64,000 bases of DNA from Octopus vulgaris (taxonomy: Eukaryota): the NCBI GenBank assembly GCA_951406725.2, contig OX597817.1, positions 139,810,001 through 139,874,000 on the forward strand, given 5' to 3'. Under the pieces are notes generated by a model. That model did not search any database. It saw nothing but the letters and a program-made list of their open reading frames with translations, and was not told the DNA's origin. The translations under genes and the position numbers were made by a program. Of this stretch, positions 51,422 to 64,000 are shown piece by piece. Position 1 is the first letter of the stretch; each line of letters opens with the position of its first letter.

Positions 51422-52540
51422 GTAGAGAAGTTTCAGGTATGGAAGCAAGGTCTAGAGTTAATTTAACAAAATCCAAAAACTTAGTAAGGCAGAGAGCAGA
51501 CAAATCGCAAACCCCTTCAGGTAGATGGCCCTACTTGATCTGTAGAAAGGGTCTAGGTAGAAACTCTATAAGATGTACCCAGTGTAAGCTATGGACACAT
51601 AAGAGGTGCAGCAATATCAGAGGAAGGTTAACTGGGAAAATAGTTTTTGTGTGTGGAAAGGTCACAAGTACAGTAAACATCGAAACTGTACAGAAAAGAG
51701 ACTCCGTCAACAGCCAGTGGGGTAAGCCAGAAATAGTAGATAGCTTCCATTACCTAGGTGACCAAGCCAATAGCGAGATTGATGCTCTGAGAGCATAACT
51801 GTAAGGATAAGAATAGGCTAGGCAAAGTTCGCAGAGCTCCTACCTTTGCTGGTAACAAAGGGCCTCTTGCTCAGAGTGAAAGGGCCTCTCACTCAGATTG
51901 TGCATGCACACTGACATTGCATATCCAGCGAAGAATACTAACTTCATTTCTTACAAGCCTATGCATGTACTCAGCCGTCACAGCTCATGTTTCACTGCTG
52001 TGACGGCTGAGGACACGCATAGGCTTGAAAGAAATGAAGCTAGCATGCTTCGCTGGACGTGCAATGTCAGTGTGCATGCACAACAGAGTGTAAGCATCCT
52101 GAGAGAAAAGTTGGACATAAGAAGCATCAGATATGGTGTGCAAGAGAGACAACTGCACTGGTATGGTCATGTGATGTGTATGGACAAGAACAGCATAGAC
52201 CCAGGAAGATATGGGACGAGGTGGTGAAGCATGATCTTTGAACATTGTGTCTCATGGTGACAATGACAAGCAACAGAGGCCTTTGGCAATATGCTGTGCT
52301 TGAGAAGATCTGTCAAACCAAGTGAGATTGTAGTCATGGATGATGCAAGTGTTACATAACTAACCCTGTTAAAGCACCCTTCAAACATTGGGCAATATGC
52401 TGTGCTTGTGAAGACATGTTGAACCGAGTGAAATCATAATCATGGTCAATGCCAGTGCCGTCTGACTGGCACCTGTGACAGTGGCACATAAAATGGACTG
52501 AGTGTTGGGCCTCATGGAGGTTGTGTCAGGCAACCAAGTC
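51422..52540 (+). mobile_element. diverged RTE fragment with internal fold-back inversion
   Basis: CRKGLGRNSIRCTQCKLWTHKRCS; inverted duplication at 51898-52083. Confidence 0.85.
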
Positions 52541-53257
52541 CTTTGGCGATACATGGTGTGTTTACATCCCTGTAACTTAGCAGTTTGGCAAAAGAGACTG
52601 ATAAAATAAGTACTAGGCTTACAAAGAATAGTTCCTGGGGTTGATTTGTTTGACTAAAGGCAGTGCTCTAGCATGGCTGCAGTGAAATGACTGAACCAAG
52701 TAAAAGAATGAAAGAATAAAAGAATATATATAATTTTTATAACGAGGAGGATGTGAATTTGCTTTCCCTGGCTTTGAGAGGTCATCATGGTGTTGATCAG
52801 TTCTTGTTTGGCTGAGGGTAATGTCTTGCTTGTACATGTTTGGCTTGGTTTGTTTGATTGGAAGCCCTTTCTGTCATCTTCCACTTTACACAGTTTACTG
52901 GGTGTGTTTTATTGTGGTGACAGCCATTCGAGAAGTTGCTTTGTGTATTGTTTAGAGTAGAGAGTTCTCAATACTGTGTGATATGGTGATGATGCCAGAC
53001 AATGTGATCAAGAGTGTGAAAAGGAGGGAGAGCAGAAGAACTAGGGTAAGAAGAGGGTGAAGAGCATGAGGTTAGAAACAGGGTGATTATTGTAGTAAAT
53101 GGGTGGGAGAGAAGTACAATCACAGCATACTTTGGTAGCTCTCTGTTTGTGTATGCGTGTGTGTTGGTAGAGAAGTGTTTGTTCGTCTCTCTCCCCCACT
53201 TAACGACCAATGTTCGTTTGTTTATATTTCTGCAACTTAGTGGTTTGGCAAAAAGAG

Positions 53258-53471
53258 ACCAATAGCATTAGTACAAGACTTAAGAAATACCTAAACAAAT
53301 CATGGGGTCAATTTGTTTGACTAAATCCTTCAAGGCAGTGCTCCAGTATGGCCACAGACTGAAACCAATAGCATTAGTACCAGACTTAAGAAATACCTAA
53401 ACAAATCATGGGGTCAATTTGTTTGACTAAATCCTTCAAGGCAGTGCTCCAGTATGGCCATAGACTGAAAC
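53258..53471 (+). repeat. 106-bp tandem duplication of an OR2-like SINE tail
   Basis: ACCAATAGCATTAGTAC...AGACTGAA x2, about 2 mismatches. Confidence 0.9.
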
Positions 53472-54224
53472 AAAAGATAATCAAACATTCTGCTCTTCTG
53501 GGAAAAAATTATCAAGTCATGTGGTAAACTCTGCATAAACTTTCTAATGTCAAACATTATTTTTTAAAAGGAGGAATTACAACCATGTTTCATGGTCTGC
53601 TACCACAACAGCTCCTTTATAGGATCCAGTTAGCTCAAGACATCATCAGGAGGAACCACGTCCGGTTTTGGTCCCTACTCCTCTACCGTTTTGACGTGGC
53701 GCCCCCCCCCACTTTTTGGAGGTGTCTTCAGCTCTGGTGTTGAGTGCATGTCTTCTTTCTTCTGTTCCCTGGCCTCTTCGATGTAGCATCCAGTTTTGCA
53801 TCCATTTCGTGTATGTATTCTCTTTACATTTAGATCTAACAAATTTTTTTTTTTATTTCAAGAATTACACAAACTGTTTGAGAAAACTGCCCGGCTAAAA
53901 GACAGCAATTGATAAATGGTCGGCAATATTGACCGGAACAAACTTAATAAGGTTCCATGTGTAAAAGTGCAATGTAATAAGGAGAAGAATTTGACAACTG
54001 AATGTTCGGTTGCAGAACAATCCAGTTCCTTAACTCATTATTGATTCTATGATTTATTTGGAATGGTTTGTTTTAGCGTTAGGTTTTGTAATTAAATAGA
54101 CTCCAGGTGGCCAGCTTCGGTTGACCTTATTACCTCCTCTAGGTCTCTTGTAAAATCGATCAATGGGTATGAAAATATCTGGAGTTGTTGGCAATTGCTT
54201 GAAATAATAATAATAATAATAATG

Positions 54225-54264
<40 letters not shown>

Positions 54265-54527
54265 TCAATACATAACAGTTATTAGTTATACTAGTTTTTC
54301 TATAAATATCAGCCAAACCATTTAATGCTGCTATCTTTAGAGATCTGAGTTGTTTTTGTTTCATTGATTACTAACAAGTTGTTAGTTTATTTAATATCTC
54401 AGACATACTGTTTAACTGTATCAATGCACACTCACACACACACACACATGTATATATGTACACATATATATAATATACATATGAAATGTATACACATATA
54501 TGTATATATACATATATAGACAACGCA

Positions 54528-54716
54528 TTATATATATATATACATATATATATAATGTATGTATATGTGTGTGTGTGCATGCCAATATAGAACTATATAT
54601 ATATATATATATATAATGTATGTATATGTGTGTGTGTATGTCAATATAGAACTATATATATATATATATATATATATATGTAATGTATGTATATGTGTGT
54701 GTATGTCAATATAGAA
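54528..54716. repeat. ~60-bp minisatellite built from TA/TG runs, about 3 units
   Basis: (TA)n-ATGTATGTATATG(TG)n..CAATATAGAA repeated. Confidence 0.8.
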
Positions 54717-55399
54717 TGATAGTTTGCTTGTTGTCAAGGTTATTTATATATGTAATTTCTCTCTATATTTCTCCGCTTCTAGTTATCGAAATAACTACCG
54801 ACAGGTAGACATGGATTTTCACAGCTTTTTGTGTTATTTAAAAAAAAATTTATTATTTTTTTTGTTATAATTGGATATGATTTCTGCTATTTATACACTG
54901 CCATTAAAATGTCAATGGAAGATTTCTATCACGTTAAAAGATGATAAAAGGCATAAGGTTCTAGAAGTAGAATGATAGAGTTAATAGAAAGTTTGAAATA
55001 TTGGTGATAAGAAAGGGAGTATTAGAGGGCAAGGGCAGAAATACAGTATGAGTAGAGAGAACTAGAAGGGATTCAGGTTTTTAAAAAAAAAAATTTGTCA
55101 TAAGTTTTAGGGAATCAAGTTGGTTAGAGTAATTTTAGAGAGAGAAAGATAATCATGTGCAATCAGAGAGGAAATGTTATAAAGAGGACAGATGCATCAT
55201 TGATCTGATTGATGAGTGATTGATCTGATTGATGGCTTCTATTAAATATAGGTAAGAATGACTATGCCTGAAGGCTGTATGTCTTTCTTGATAGGAATGT
55301 TACGTAGCTTCAGCTCAACTCAGTAAGTTCAAATACATGTATATTCCACCCATGGCCATCCCATGTGTTATATTTCTTGTGTATATGTAGAATAACATT

Positions 55400-55872
55400 G
55401 GGGATCAACAAAATTTTCATGCCATTGACCCCCTTCATGGAATCACCCCCCTTCCCACTTCATGTAAATTTCTAAAATAAAATTAAAAAGTATAATTAAT
55501 AGAAAATTTCTTGATTTAAAATCAACAAATTCCTTCATTCTTTTGTGTCGTTATCACTTTCTCATAAGAAATATTTAAAGAAATTTAATGAAAATATTTA
55601 ACGCAATTGATGAAAGACAATAAAAATTCAGTGATATATTGTATTAAGGATAAAGCCGGAATATTTAATGTGAAATGTTTGGTTGAATTCGAGTTAATAT
55701 TGCATTCATATTTGGCTGGAAAGTTGTGAGTTTTAGCTATAAATTACTGACACTCTTTCAGATCCACTTCACTAATAAATCTGTCTTCTTTATGCTTGAA
55801 ATCATTTCAGGGGTTTATGGACCCATTGGATAGCTACATAGACTTCCAGGGGTCAGTATTGACCACTTTACA
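55400..55872. mobile_element. decayed non-autonomous hAT-like element
   Basis: ATGCCATTGACCCC near the left end; ATGGACCC..GGGGTC..GACC subterminal motifs near the right end. Confidence 0.35.
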
Positions 55873-55877
55873 AACTT

Positions 55878-56062
55878 CGGTGGCACATAAAAAGCACCCA
55901 CTACACTCACGGAGTGGTTGGCATTAGGAAGGGCATCCAGCTGTAACAACACTGCCAGATCAGACTGGAGCCTGGTGCAGCCTCCTGGGTTCCCAGACCC
56001 TGGTCGAACCGTCCAACCCATGCTAGCACGGAAAACGGACATTAAACGATGATGATGATGAT
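55878..56062 (+). mobile_element. RTE 3' end
   Basis: Conserved terminus and (GAT)n tail. Confidence 0.85.
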
Positions 56063-56252
56063 TATCTAACATTTGTTTTGCTCTTATGTTGGATGGTAGG
56101 ATGTAATTTGACTGTGATAGACTGAAGGTGAACACTGCACATGTCAAGCTCCGCTTGCTGTAGTTTTTAATGTTGATTTCAAATATACAATTAGGTTTTT
56201 GACATCACGTACAGTTTTCAAGATGAGAAAGTTTTTTGGTTTTAGCTCATGC

Positions 56253-56468
56253 ATCATCATCATCATCATCATTTAACGTCTGTCTTCCATGCTGGCATGG
56301 GTTGGACAGTTCGACTGGAGTCTGGGAAGCCAAAAGGCTGCACCAGGCTATAGTCTGATTTGGCAGTGTTTCTACAGCTGGATGGCCTTCCTAACACCAA
56401 CCACTCCGTGAGTGTAGTGGGTGCTTTTTTTAAATGCCACCGGCACAGGGGCTAGAAGAGGCTGGCAT
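56253..56468 (-). mobile_element. RTE 3' end inserted in the DNA transposon
   Basis: (CAT)n tail and conserved terminus. Confidence 0.8.
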
Positions 56469-56719
56469 TTTATAGAAATTCCAATTAGTGACATGTATGC
56501 ATGTATTTCATTTACATCATGGAAACACCTTTAAAATAAACTACGTTATTCATCGCTGCATAGTTCAGATGCAATATTCCATCATCTTAAATTAACCAAT
56601 CAAGTTTTGTCTGATGAAATAGGTATTTCAACGTCTAAAACTGTCCAGTCATAATTGGTCTGATGAAATATTTCAATATAAGTATAACCGTTTGTATCTA
56701 TTTCCTGACTTGTTTTAAA

Positions 56720-57933
56720 ATGTCAACAATGCCAAGACAGTGTAGAAATCATCCTGATGTGTTTTATGTCTGTAGACAATTTATTGTGAAAGCTCAAAAA
56801 CACACAATAACACCTGAGATCAAAAAGATTTATTAGCTACACTTTGACTGTCCTCTCGGATAAGAGGACAAGTTATGGGCACCATATTTTATCTGCTCAG
56901 CTTGCTCAAATGGCTTATGTGGCTCACAATAGAAGTCTGCAAATTCCAGTTCCACCAGATGATGGTATTGCAGGAACATCATTGGACTTTTCAAATGTTT
57001 ATCACCAAATCATGATCTTGCAGAGTGGCATTTGTTTATTGACTCTTCAAAACGAATTTTAAAAGCTGTACTTCTCCATAATGGTAATTTGAAACCCTCT
57101 GTTTATATTGCACACTCTGCTCATCTTCATGAATCATATGAGAATATGCAACTTTTACTTCATACCATTACTCATGAAAGACACCCATGGAAAATATGAG
57201 ATTTAAAAGTCAATGGAATGTTAATGGGAATGCAGTCAGGTTTCACAAAATACTGTTGTTTCTTGTGTCTATGGGATAGACGGGCAACTGACAGACATTA
57301 TTTGGATTCAAACTGGCAGCCGAGATCATCATATCAGCCAGGACTGTGGAGAGTCAAGAATACACCTCATGTAATGTCCTATTTCCTCCTTTGCATATAA
57401 AGCTTGGACTGATGAAAATGTTTGTAAAGACACTAGGGAAGAGAAATGGCAGAGGGTTTGAATATATTGTAGAAAAGTTTCCCAACATCACACAGGTGAA
57501 GTTGAAAGAGAGTGTCTTTGTTGGACCCTGAATTAGAAAAGTACTCAAAGATGCCAGTTTCAAGACAACACTGGATGAACTGGAACTACCTGCCGGGAAT
57601 ACTTTCAATTGGATCTGTGAGGATTTCTTGGGCAACAAGAAGGCAATGGACTACGAGGATTTCATCAAGAATCTTCTGAAATACTACTCAGCAATGGGGT
57701 GTCGCATGTCACTAAAAGTTCACTTTTTGGACTCCCATCCGGATTTCTTCACAGATAACTTTGGAGTAGTGTCTGATGAACATGGTGAAAGATTTCACCA
57801 GGACGTTAGGGCTCTGGAGAAATGGTACCAAGGCTTCTGGAATGACAATATGCTGGTTGACTAGTGCTTGACACTTTACTGTGATCAACCAGATCAGGAA
57901 CACAGCAGGAAATCGAAATCCCAATGTTTCTAA
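56720..57933 (+). pseudogene. Chapaev3-like transposase pseudogene
   Basis: CRNHPDVFYVC, GFTKYCCFLCLWD, PPLHIKLGLMK.FVK, MSLKVHFLDSH, SDEHGERFHQD; multiple stops and frameshifts. Confidence 0.8.
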
Positions 57934-58444
57934 CTGTTGTTCTTTGTTTTGTCTGAACCATTTTTTGTGTATTCACTCTTTGTAGAATGATAGTAATGAT
58001 TTTTAACTCAATAAACTCATTTACTTTCTAAAAATAATATGTCCTTGTTCATGATGTTAATGCTTTCATATAAATACAAATATGTAAATATTTGCATGTA
58101 TCTAATGGGTAATTAATGTGTGCCACATACAAATGGGGTGAAATTTTGAAATCAACGTGAAAAATTAGTGTAAAAAAGTTGGAGTGCATTCATAATAATT
58201 ATAATACATTTAACTCTGTTGACCAATGTAATTACTTTGCTGGGAAATGGTTGTTGGTTGGCATCGAGAAGGACATGTGGCCATGGAAGAACTCTGCTCC
58301 AACATAGTCTGTTCTGATCTGCAGAAACCTGGAAAAGTAGCATTGTTGACAACGACAATGATGATGGTGGTGGTGTTGGGTCTATTTAAGTGATTCATAT
58401 CTTATTGAGAGAGAAAATATTTTCTTTGTTGCAAAGACCTCAAT

Positions 58445-58487
<43 letters not shown>

Positions 58488-59784
58488 CTATGTTGAACTT
58501 TAATGTCGAAAAACAAAGATTAGATCAAATATATTTGATGGTGTTAGAAGTTAATAAAGGAAGGGATTAATTAGTTCAGGCTGTTAATGAAGGAATGGAT
58601 TAATTAATTTTGGAATTGCTGTGTTCTTGAGTTGTATGAGTCAACTGAAAGAAAATATCGGTATATATGTGTGTGTGTAGACATATATTTATATACATAT
58701 GTATGCACACATACACACACACACACAGACACATGTATATATGTATGTGTGTGTGTATACATTGTGGAGAATTGGCCAAGAATATGAGAAATTCTCTCAA
58801 CATGCAGATTACCAGTTTATGGCCATAACTAGCACCGATGGGAATATTTTTGTTGAATCCTGTCAGCTCTTGAAGATATCAAGAGAAGAGTATAAAGCAC
58901 CGAAATGGTTCTGGCATCACCTTGTTTAATTAAGAATTTTTTCCACTCTTGTACTTTGACTTGAATCTCTAAATTACAGACCAATATTTGTTTTACTTCT
59001 TCGAGCAAGCAGTAGTGCTTCAAGACAATCTTTGGCTGATGTATCAATAGATTTTGGTTCATGTCTCTTGAGATTCATTCTTAATGTTGAATTTATCTGT
59101 CTGTTTGTCTGTCTACTCACCCATCTACATATCTACCAACCTACTCCCCTACCCACCTCTCAATGTAACCCCCTCCACATTTTGTAAATGGAGACTATAC
59201 AGCAGCCTCTCATACAGATGTGTTTTTGTGTACACACAGACATTCATCATTACATTCCCCTCCTAAGCCCTTCTTCCCTTCCACTCTTGCAACCCCTATC
59301 CAACCAAACTCACTTCTACCCACTATATACCCTGAGGCTCCACCCTCATGCCACATCACCCTTATTTTTTATCTCTTTCCATTCCTTTCTAGTATATGAG
59401 TAGCCTTGTAGTTCCTCTTCATCAAGAAACTTATTCTGTTTTGATTCCCTTCTCTCATATTTTAACCCCTCATCTCCTCCTCATCGCCTTTCTTTCTACT
59501 GTTACCTTACTCAGTCAAAGAATATCTTCTCCATGCAAGCTGTAGGCTGACTTCTCTGGTGCGACAAAGAAAAAAAAAAAAGCATCCAGTACTTGATGGA
59601 TAATGGTTGGTGTTAGGAAGGGCATTGAGCTGTAGAAACCTTGCCAAAACAGACATTCGAGCATGATGCAGTCCTTGGATTTATCTGATCCTGTCAAAGT
59701 GTCCAACCCATGCCGGCATGGGATGACATGGACATTAAATGATGCCTGGAGGAGGAGGAGGAGGTAGTGCTGCCCTGAGTCAAG

Positions 59785-60260
59785 AGAGTGGCTGCTGGAT
59801 GACCCTATGTCCGGTAACAGGACTTTACACTATGCTACACAAGCAGTAGAACCCAGTCATGGCTTTCAGACAATTTCTGCAAACACATCACCCCTAGCAT
59901 CTGGCTACCTAACTCCCCAGACTGCAACCCCCTTGATTATTATGTGTGGGGTGCAGTTGAGCAAGAGACCAACAAAGCTCCTTGTAACACCAAAGATGCA
60001 CTGCAGGCAAGGATTATGGTAGCATTCTTACCAACTTATTACCAACATAATCAAGGAGAGCGTCCAGAAGAGTTTCAGGAGATTCTGAAGTCATCTGGAG
60101 GCCGTGATTGAAGCCAATGACGATTTTATTGAATAAATTTACTCTTTAGTATTTCAAGATATTTATAAACAATTTTGGTAAAATATATCTGTTAAAATGA
60201 GATGTCAGTGTTATTTTCATTTTTGCATACTTTAGACAACAATCTAGTCACTGCACCCTG
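59785..60260 (+). pseudogene. Tc1/mariner 3' remnant
   Basis: WLPNSPDCNPLDYYVWGAVEQETN; ends ...GCACCCTG (TIR-like). Confidence 0.8.
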
Positions 60261-60290
60261 TGTGGGTGTGTGTGTGTATATATATGTGTG

Positions 60291-60330
<40 letters not shown>

Positions 60331-60331
60331 T

Positions 60332-60668
60332 GAGACCCCCTTCGGTCACAACACAGACCATGGGATTGCACCTAGAAAGTTACCCTCCCAGGTACAAGTC
60401 TGGGCAAGGTTGTTTATGGAAGACCAGCAGTCGCCCATGCATACCGGCCTCCCCTCTCCACGCCACCAGTGTTATCCAAGGGAAAGGCAAAGGCCGATAC
60501 AGCTTGGCACTTGTGACGTTGCAACTCATTTCTACAACTGACTGAACTGGAGTAATGTGAAATAAAGTGTCTTACTCAAGAACACAACATGCAGCCCGGT
60601 CCGGGATTCGAGCTCACAACGTCACGACCATAAGCTCGACGCCCTTAACCACTGAGCTATGTGCCTTC
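60332..60668 (-). mobile_element. tRNA SINE type C
   Basis: Reverse complement of the 38633 family; (TA)n on both sides. Confidence 0.85.
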
Positions 60669-60939
60669 ACTATATATATATATATATATATATACACATA
60701 CACACACACATGCATATAAGAGAGAGAGAGAGACAGAGAGGGAGAGATAGAGAGAGAGATAGCTTGATAGAGGTTAACTAAACTACTTTTCCAGTTTGCT
60801 GATAGTAATCTAATGCTTTTAGAGCTGAAAAGTTGTGACATTGGCGACACTCACATCTAATAGGATTATTTCCACCACACAGATATTGGACATATCATTA
60901 GAGATAAAACAATAGCCTTCATCAATAGCCTTCATCTCT

Positions 60940-60994
60940 GTGTGTATATATATATATATATGTATATATGTTTGTATGTATGTATGTGTGTATG

Positions 60995-61026
<32 letters not shown>

Positions 61027-61442
61027 TGTATGTATATATATATATGTATGTATGTATGTATATATATATATGTATGTATGTATGTATATATATATATGTA
61101 TGTATGTATATGTATATAAATATGTATGTATGTATATATATGTATGTATGTATGTATGTATATATATATATGTATGTATGTATGTATGTATATATATATA
61201 TGTATGTAAATATGTATGTATATATATATGTATGTAAATATGTATGTATATATATATGTATGTATGTATGTATATATATATATATATATATGTATGTATA
61301 TATATATGTATGTATATATATATGTATGTATATATATATGTATGTATATATATATGTATGTATATATGTATATATATATATGTATGTATGTATATATATA
61401 TGTATGTATGTATGTATGTATATATATATGTATGTATGTATG

Positions 61443-61478
<36 letters not shown>

Positions 61479-61584
61479 TGTATATATATATGTATGTATG
61501 TATGTATGTATATATATATATGTATGTATGTATATATATATGTATGTATGTATGTATGTATATATATATGTATGTATGTATGTA

Positions 61585-61615
<31 letters not shown>

Positions 61616-61622
61616 GTATGTA

Positions 61623-61657
<35 letters not shown>

Positions 61658-61658
61658 G

Positions 61659-61704
<46 letters not shown>

Positions 61705-61708
61705 TATA

Positions 61709-61741
<33 letters not shown>

Positions 61742-61774
61742 ATATATATATATGTATGTATGTATGTATGTATA

Positions 61775-61810
<36 letters not shown>

Positions 61811-61988
61811 TATATATATATGTATGTATGTATATATATATGTATGTATGTATATATGTATGTATGTATGTATATATATATGTATGTATGTATATATATA
61901 TATATGTATGTATGTATGTATATATATATGTATGTATGTATATATATATGTATGTATGTATATATATATATGTATGTGTGTATGTATG
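60940..61988. repeat. ~1.05-kb compound (TATG)n/(TA)n microsatellite
   Basis: Direct reading; source of the spurious 257-401 aa ORFs. Confidence 0.97.
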
Positions 61989-62992
61989 AAGAGTTAACTT
62001 CATTTGTTGTTGTTGTTTCACCAAAGAATATCGAGTGATCGTCTCTATCTTCTTTAATCTAATTTTCTATTTAATCATTGTTTCACTTCTTTATCTCTGT
62101 GTAATTACATTGTTTTCCCCAAATATTCCACTCATTTTCTGTGTGTGTGTCAGTGGGGTTAGGGTTATAATACCAGACAGAATTCTTAAGATAAAAGGAT
62201 TTCTGCCTTTATGTTAGGGGTTCAAACTCCAGCTGTGTCAGAGGGCCAGTGAAGGCCATGGGCCTAGTAGCTTTGAGCCAGTGCTAGGATATTCTACAGT
62301 CTGGGCCTGTTGTGCAGTGTGCAGCACCCCTTTCCTCCAGCCCTCCAATCTGTGTCCCCTTCTCCCAGGCTACAATGTGCATGTGTCCCTTCTTATGTTA
62401 GCCTTTACATCGTGCAGCCTCACTTTTAACATTTTCTTGCTACAAATTCCTCCTCCCATCACTCTCTTTACATCCTCTGGAAAATCATTATCAACAACAA
62501 ACCTATATCATCATCATCATCATCATCATTATCGTCGCCATCATCATCATTGTTGCCATCATCATCATCATTATTATCATCATCACTATCATCATCATCA
62601 AAAGTGGTGGGAAGATTCATTACTGGACGGGTCAAGGTGCTTAGTGGCATTTCTTTCAACAATTTAAATTCTGATTTCAAGGTCAACTTTGCCTTTTATC
62701 CTTTGAGGGTCAATGAAATAAAAAGTGCTGGTGAAGCACTGGGGTCAATGTAATTGACTTACACCCCTCTCTCCAAGCTTGTTAAACTTGTAGTAAGATT
62801 AGGAAAAATTATTATTTATATATTTGCTTATTCTGTGAACCATTTAGATATTTGTCTTGTTTAGATCATTCTTTTCTATGTCAACTTTCACACACATTAT
62901 CCCCCTTATACATTGCCCTGGTGGTAAATTAAAGAATCTATCATCATCATCATCATCATCATTATTATTATTATTATCATTATTATTATTAT

Positions 62993-63513
62993 TCAGTAGT
63001 CTTATTTGTAGGATGTGTGCAGTACCCAGTAGTGCAATTTTCTGTATGTTATATATATTTGTTAGTCCTGGTGATTTTGTTATGTATTTGTCTGAATATT
63101 TTTTCTATCATACCTAATGCGCCTACTATGATAAGAATTATTTCTGTTTTTAGACTCCACATTCAAGTTACCTCTATTTCCAGGTCTTTGTATTTTATCA
63201 TCATCATTATTATTATTATTATTATTACTCAGTAGTTTTACTTTTATAGTGCGCTTTCACTTCACTACTGAGTGCGCAGCTCTGTGTGCCTTTGGTATGT
63301 ACTGTGATTTGTTGTGATGCTCTTACGGTTACTGTATTGAAAGTGTTTTGCATAGAATGTGTGCAGTGCCAAATGTTGCAATTTTCTGTATGTTATATAT
63401 ATTTGTAAGTCCTGGTGATTTTGTTATGTATTCGTCTGAATATTTTTTTATCATACCTATTGCGCCTACTCTGATAGGAATTGTTTCTGTTTTCAGACTC
63501 AGACTCCACATTC
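62993..63513 (-). mobile_element. two tandem Dong/R4 3' fragments (LSIQ* family)
   Basis: 62993-63197 and 63228-63513: KTETIPI.VGA.GMIKKYS...GTAHIL; separated and flanked by (TAA)n. Confidence 0.85.
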
Positions 63514-63517
63514 GTAG

Positions 63518-63581
<64 letters not shown>

Positions 63582-64000
63582 AAGACAGCAAGCTGGCACT
63601 ATCCTTAGCATGTTGGACAAAATGCTCACTAGCATTTCTTCCAGCCTCAAGTTCCTTCTGTTTGTATCCTCTGTTGGTATTATCCTTTCTACTCAGCTTC
63701 TTGTCCATTGAAGATGAGTAAAAGGGAGAATATAGACAGCCACCATCTTTATCTCCATTGCAGCTACTCCCATCCACCATCACACAGTGTGGGGTATCCA
63801 TGTATCTCCTTTGTATCAAGACACTTATGCTTGTCCCTCGATCATACTTAAGGCCCTCAATACCTGGCATAAAGCCACCCCCTTGCCATCTCTCAAATGC
63901 ACTCCTACTCAGTCAAATGGCCCCCCCCATCTTCCTTTCCTTTGTTTCTTGGTGACCTCACTGGTGCTGCAAATGGAAATTGAAGTTAAGATACCTGTGC

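Larger units (their letters stand above)
56133..58187 (+). mobile_element. decayed Chapaev3-like (CMC superfamily) DNA transposon
   Basis: Transposase remnant 56720-57933; subterminal inverted repeat 56161-56183 / 58145-58167 (20/23); exact ends uncertain. Confidence 0.7.

Noticed and set aside
58861-58916. Hammerhead-like TTGAAGA...CGAAATGGTTC with flanking TGTCAG/CTGGCA
   Set aside because: No convincing stem II and stem III is broken; at best a heavily decayed relic.
60819-62038. Long ORFs (257-401 aa) rich in Y/I/H/T or M/Y/V/C
   Set aside because: Translations of a stop-free (TATG)/(TA) microsatellite. The poly-I, poly-H and poly-L ORFs elsewhere have the same cause.
62156-62168. GGGGTTAGGGTTA telomere-like motif
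   Set aside because: Under two units; expected by chance or as a repeat relic.

Overview
AT-rich eukaryotic DNA, almost certainly from an octopus (coleoid cephalopod), judged from its SINE, RTE, Dong/R4 and Chapaev3-like repeats and dense microsatellites. No intact protein-coding gene is present. The window reads as the interior of a very long intron, with one plausible 31-nt plus-strand microexon at 1453-1483. Almost all ORF-track entries are microsatellite or repeat artefacts. Real coding remnants are RTE LINEs (longest 33800-36712 minus and 48325-50955 plus), about 12 Dong/R4-type RLE retrotransposon fragments in (TAA)n tracts (all minus strand), a CR1/L2 3' end, two Tc1/mariner fragments and a decayed Chapaev3-like transposase with subterminal inverted repeats. 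Most interesting: (i) small Penelope-like inverted-repeat elements carrying type I hammerhead ribozyme motifs, one with a canonical core and one with a U3-A8 compensatory core, inserted into the internal TA/TG microsatellite of a SINE; (ii) a ~560-bp non-coding element with fixed ends that targets (TAA)n; (iii) a tail-less SINE that repeatedly inserts at GGTA, including into its sister SINE; (iv) a variable-number hairpin repeat array in the RTE 3' UTR. Repeat boundaries were read by eye and are approximate, and family names come from motif recall, not database searches.
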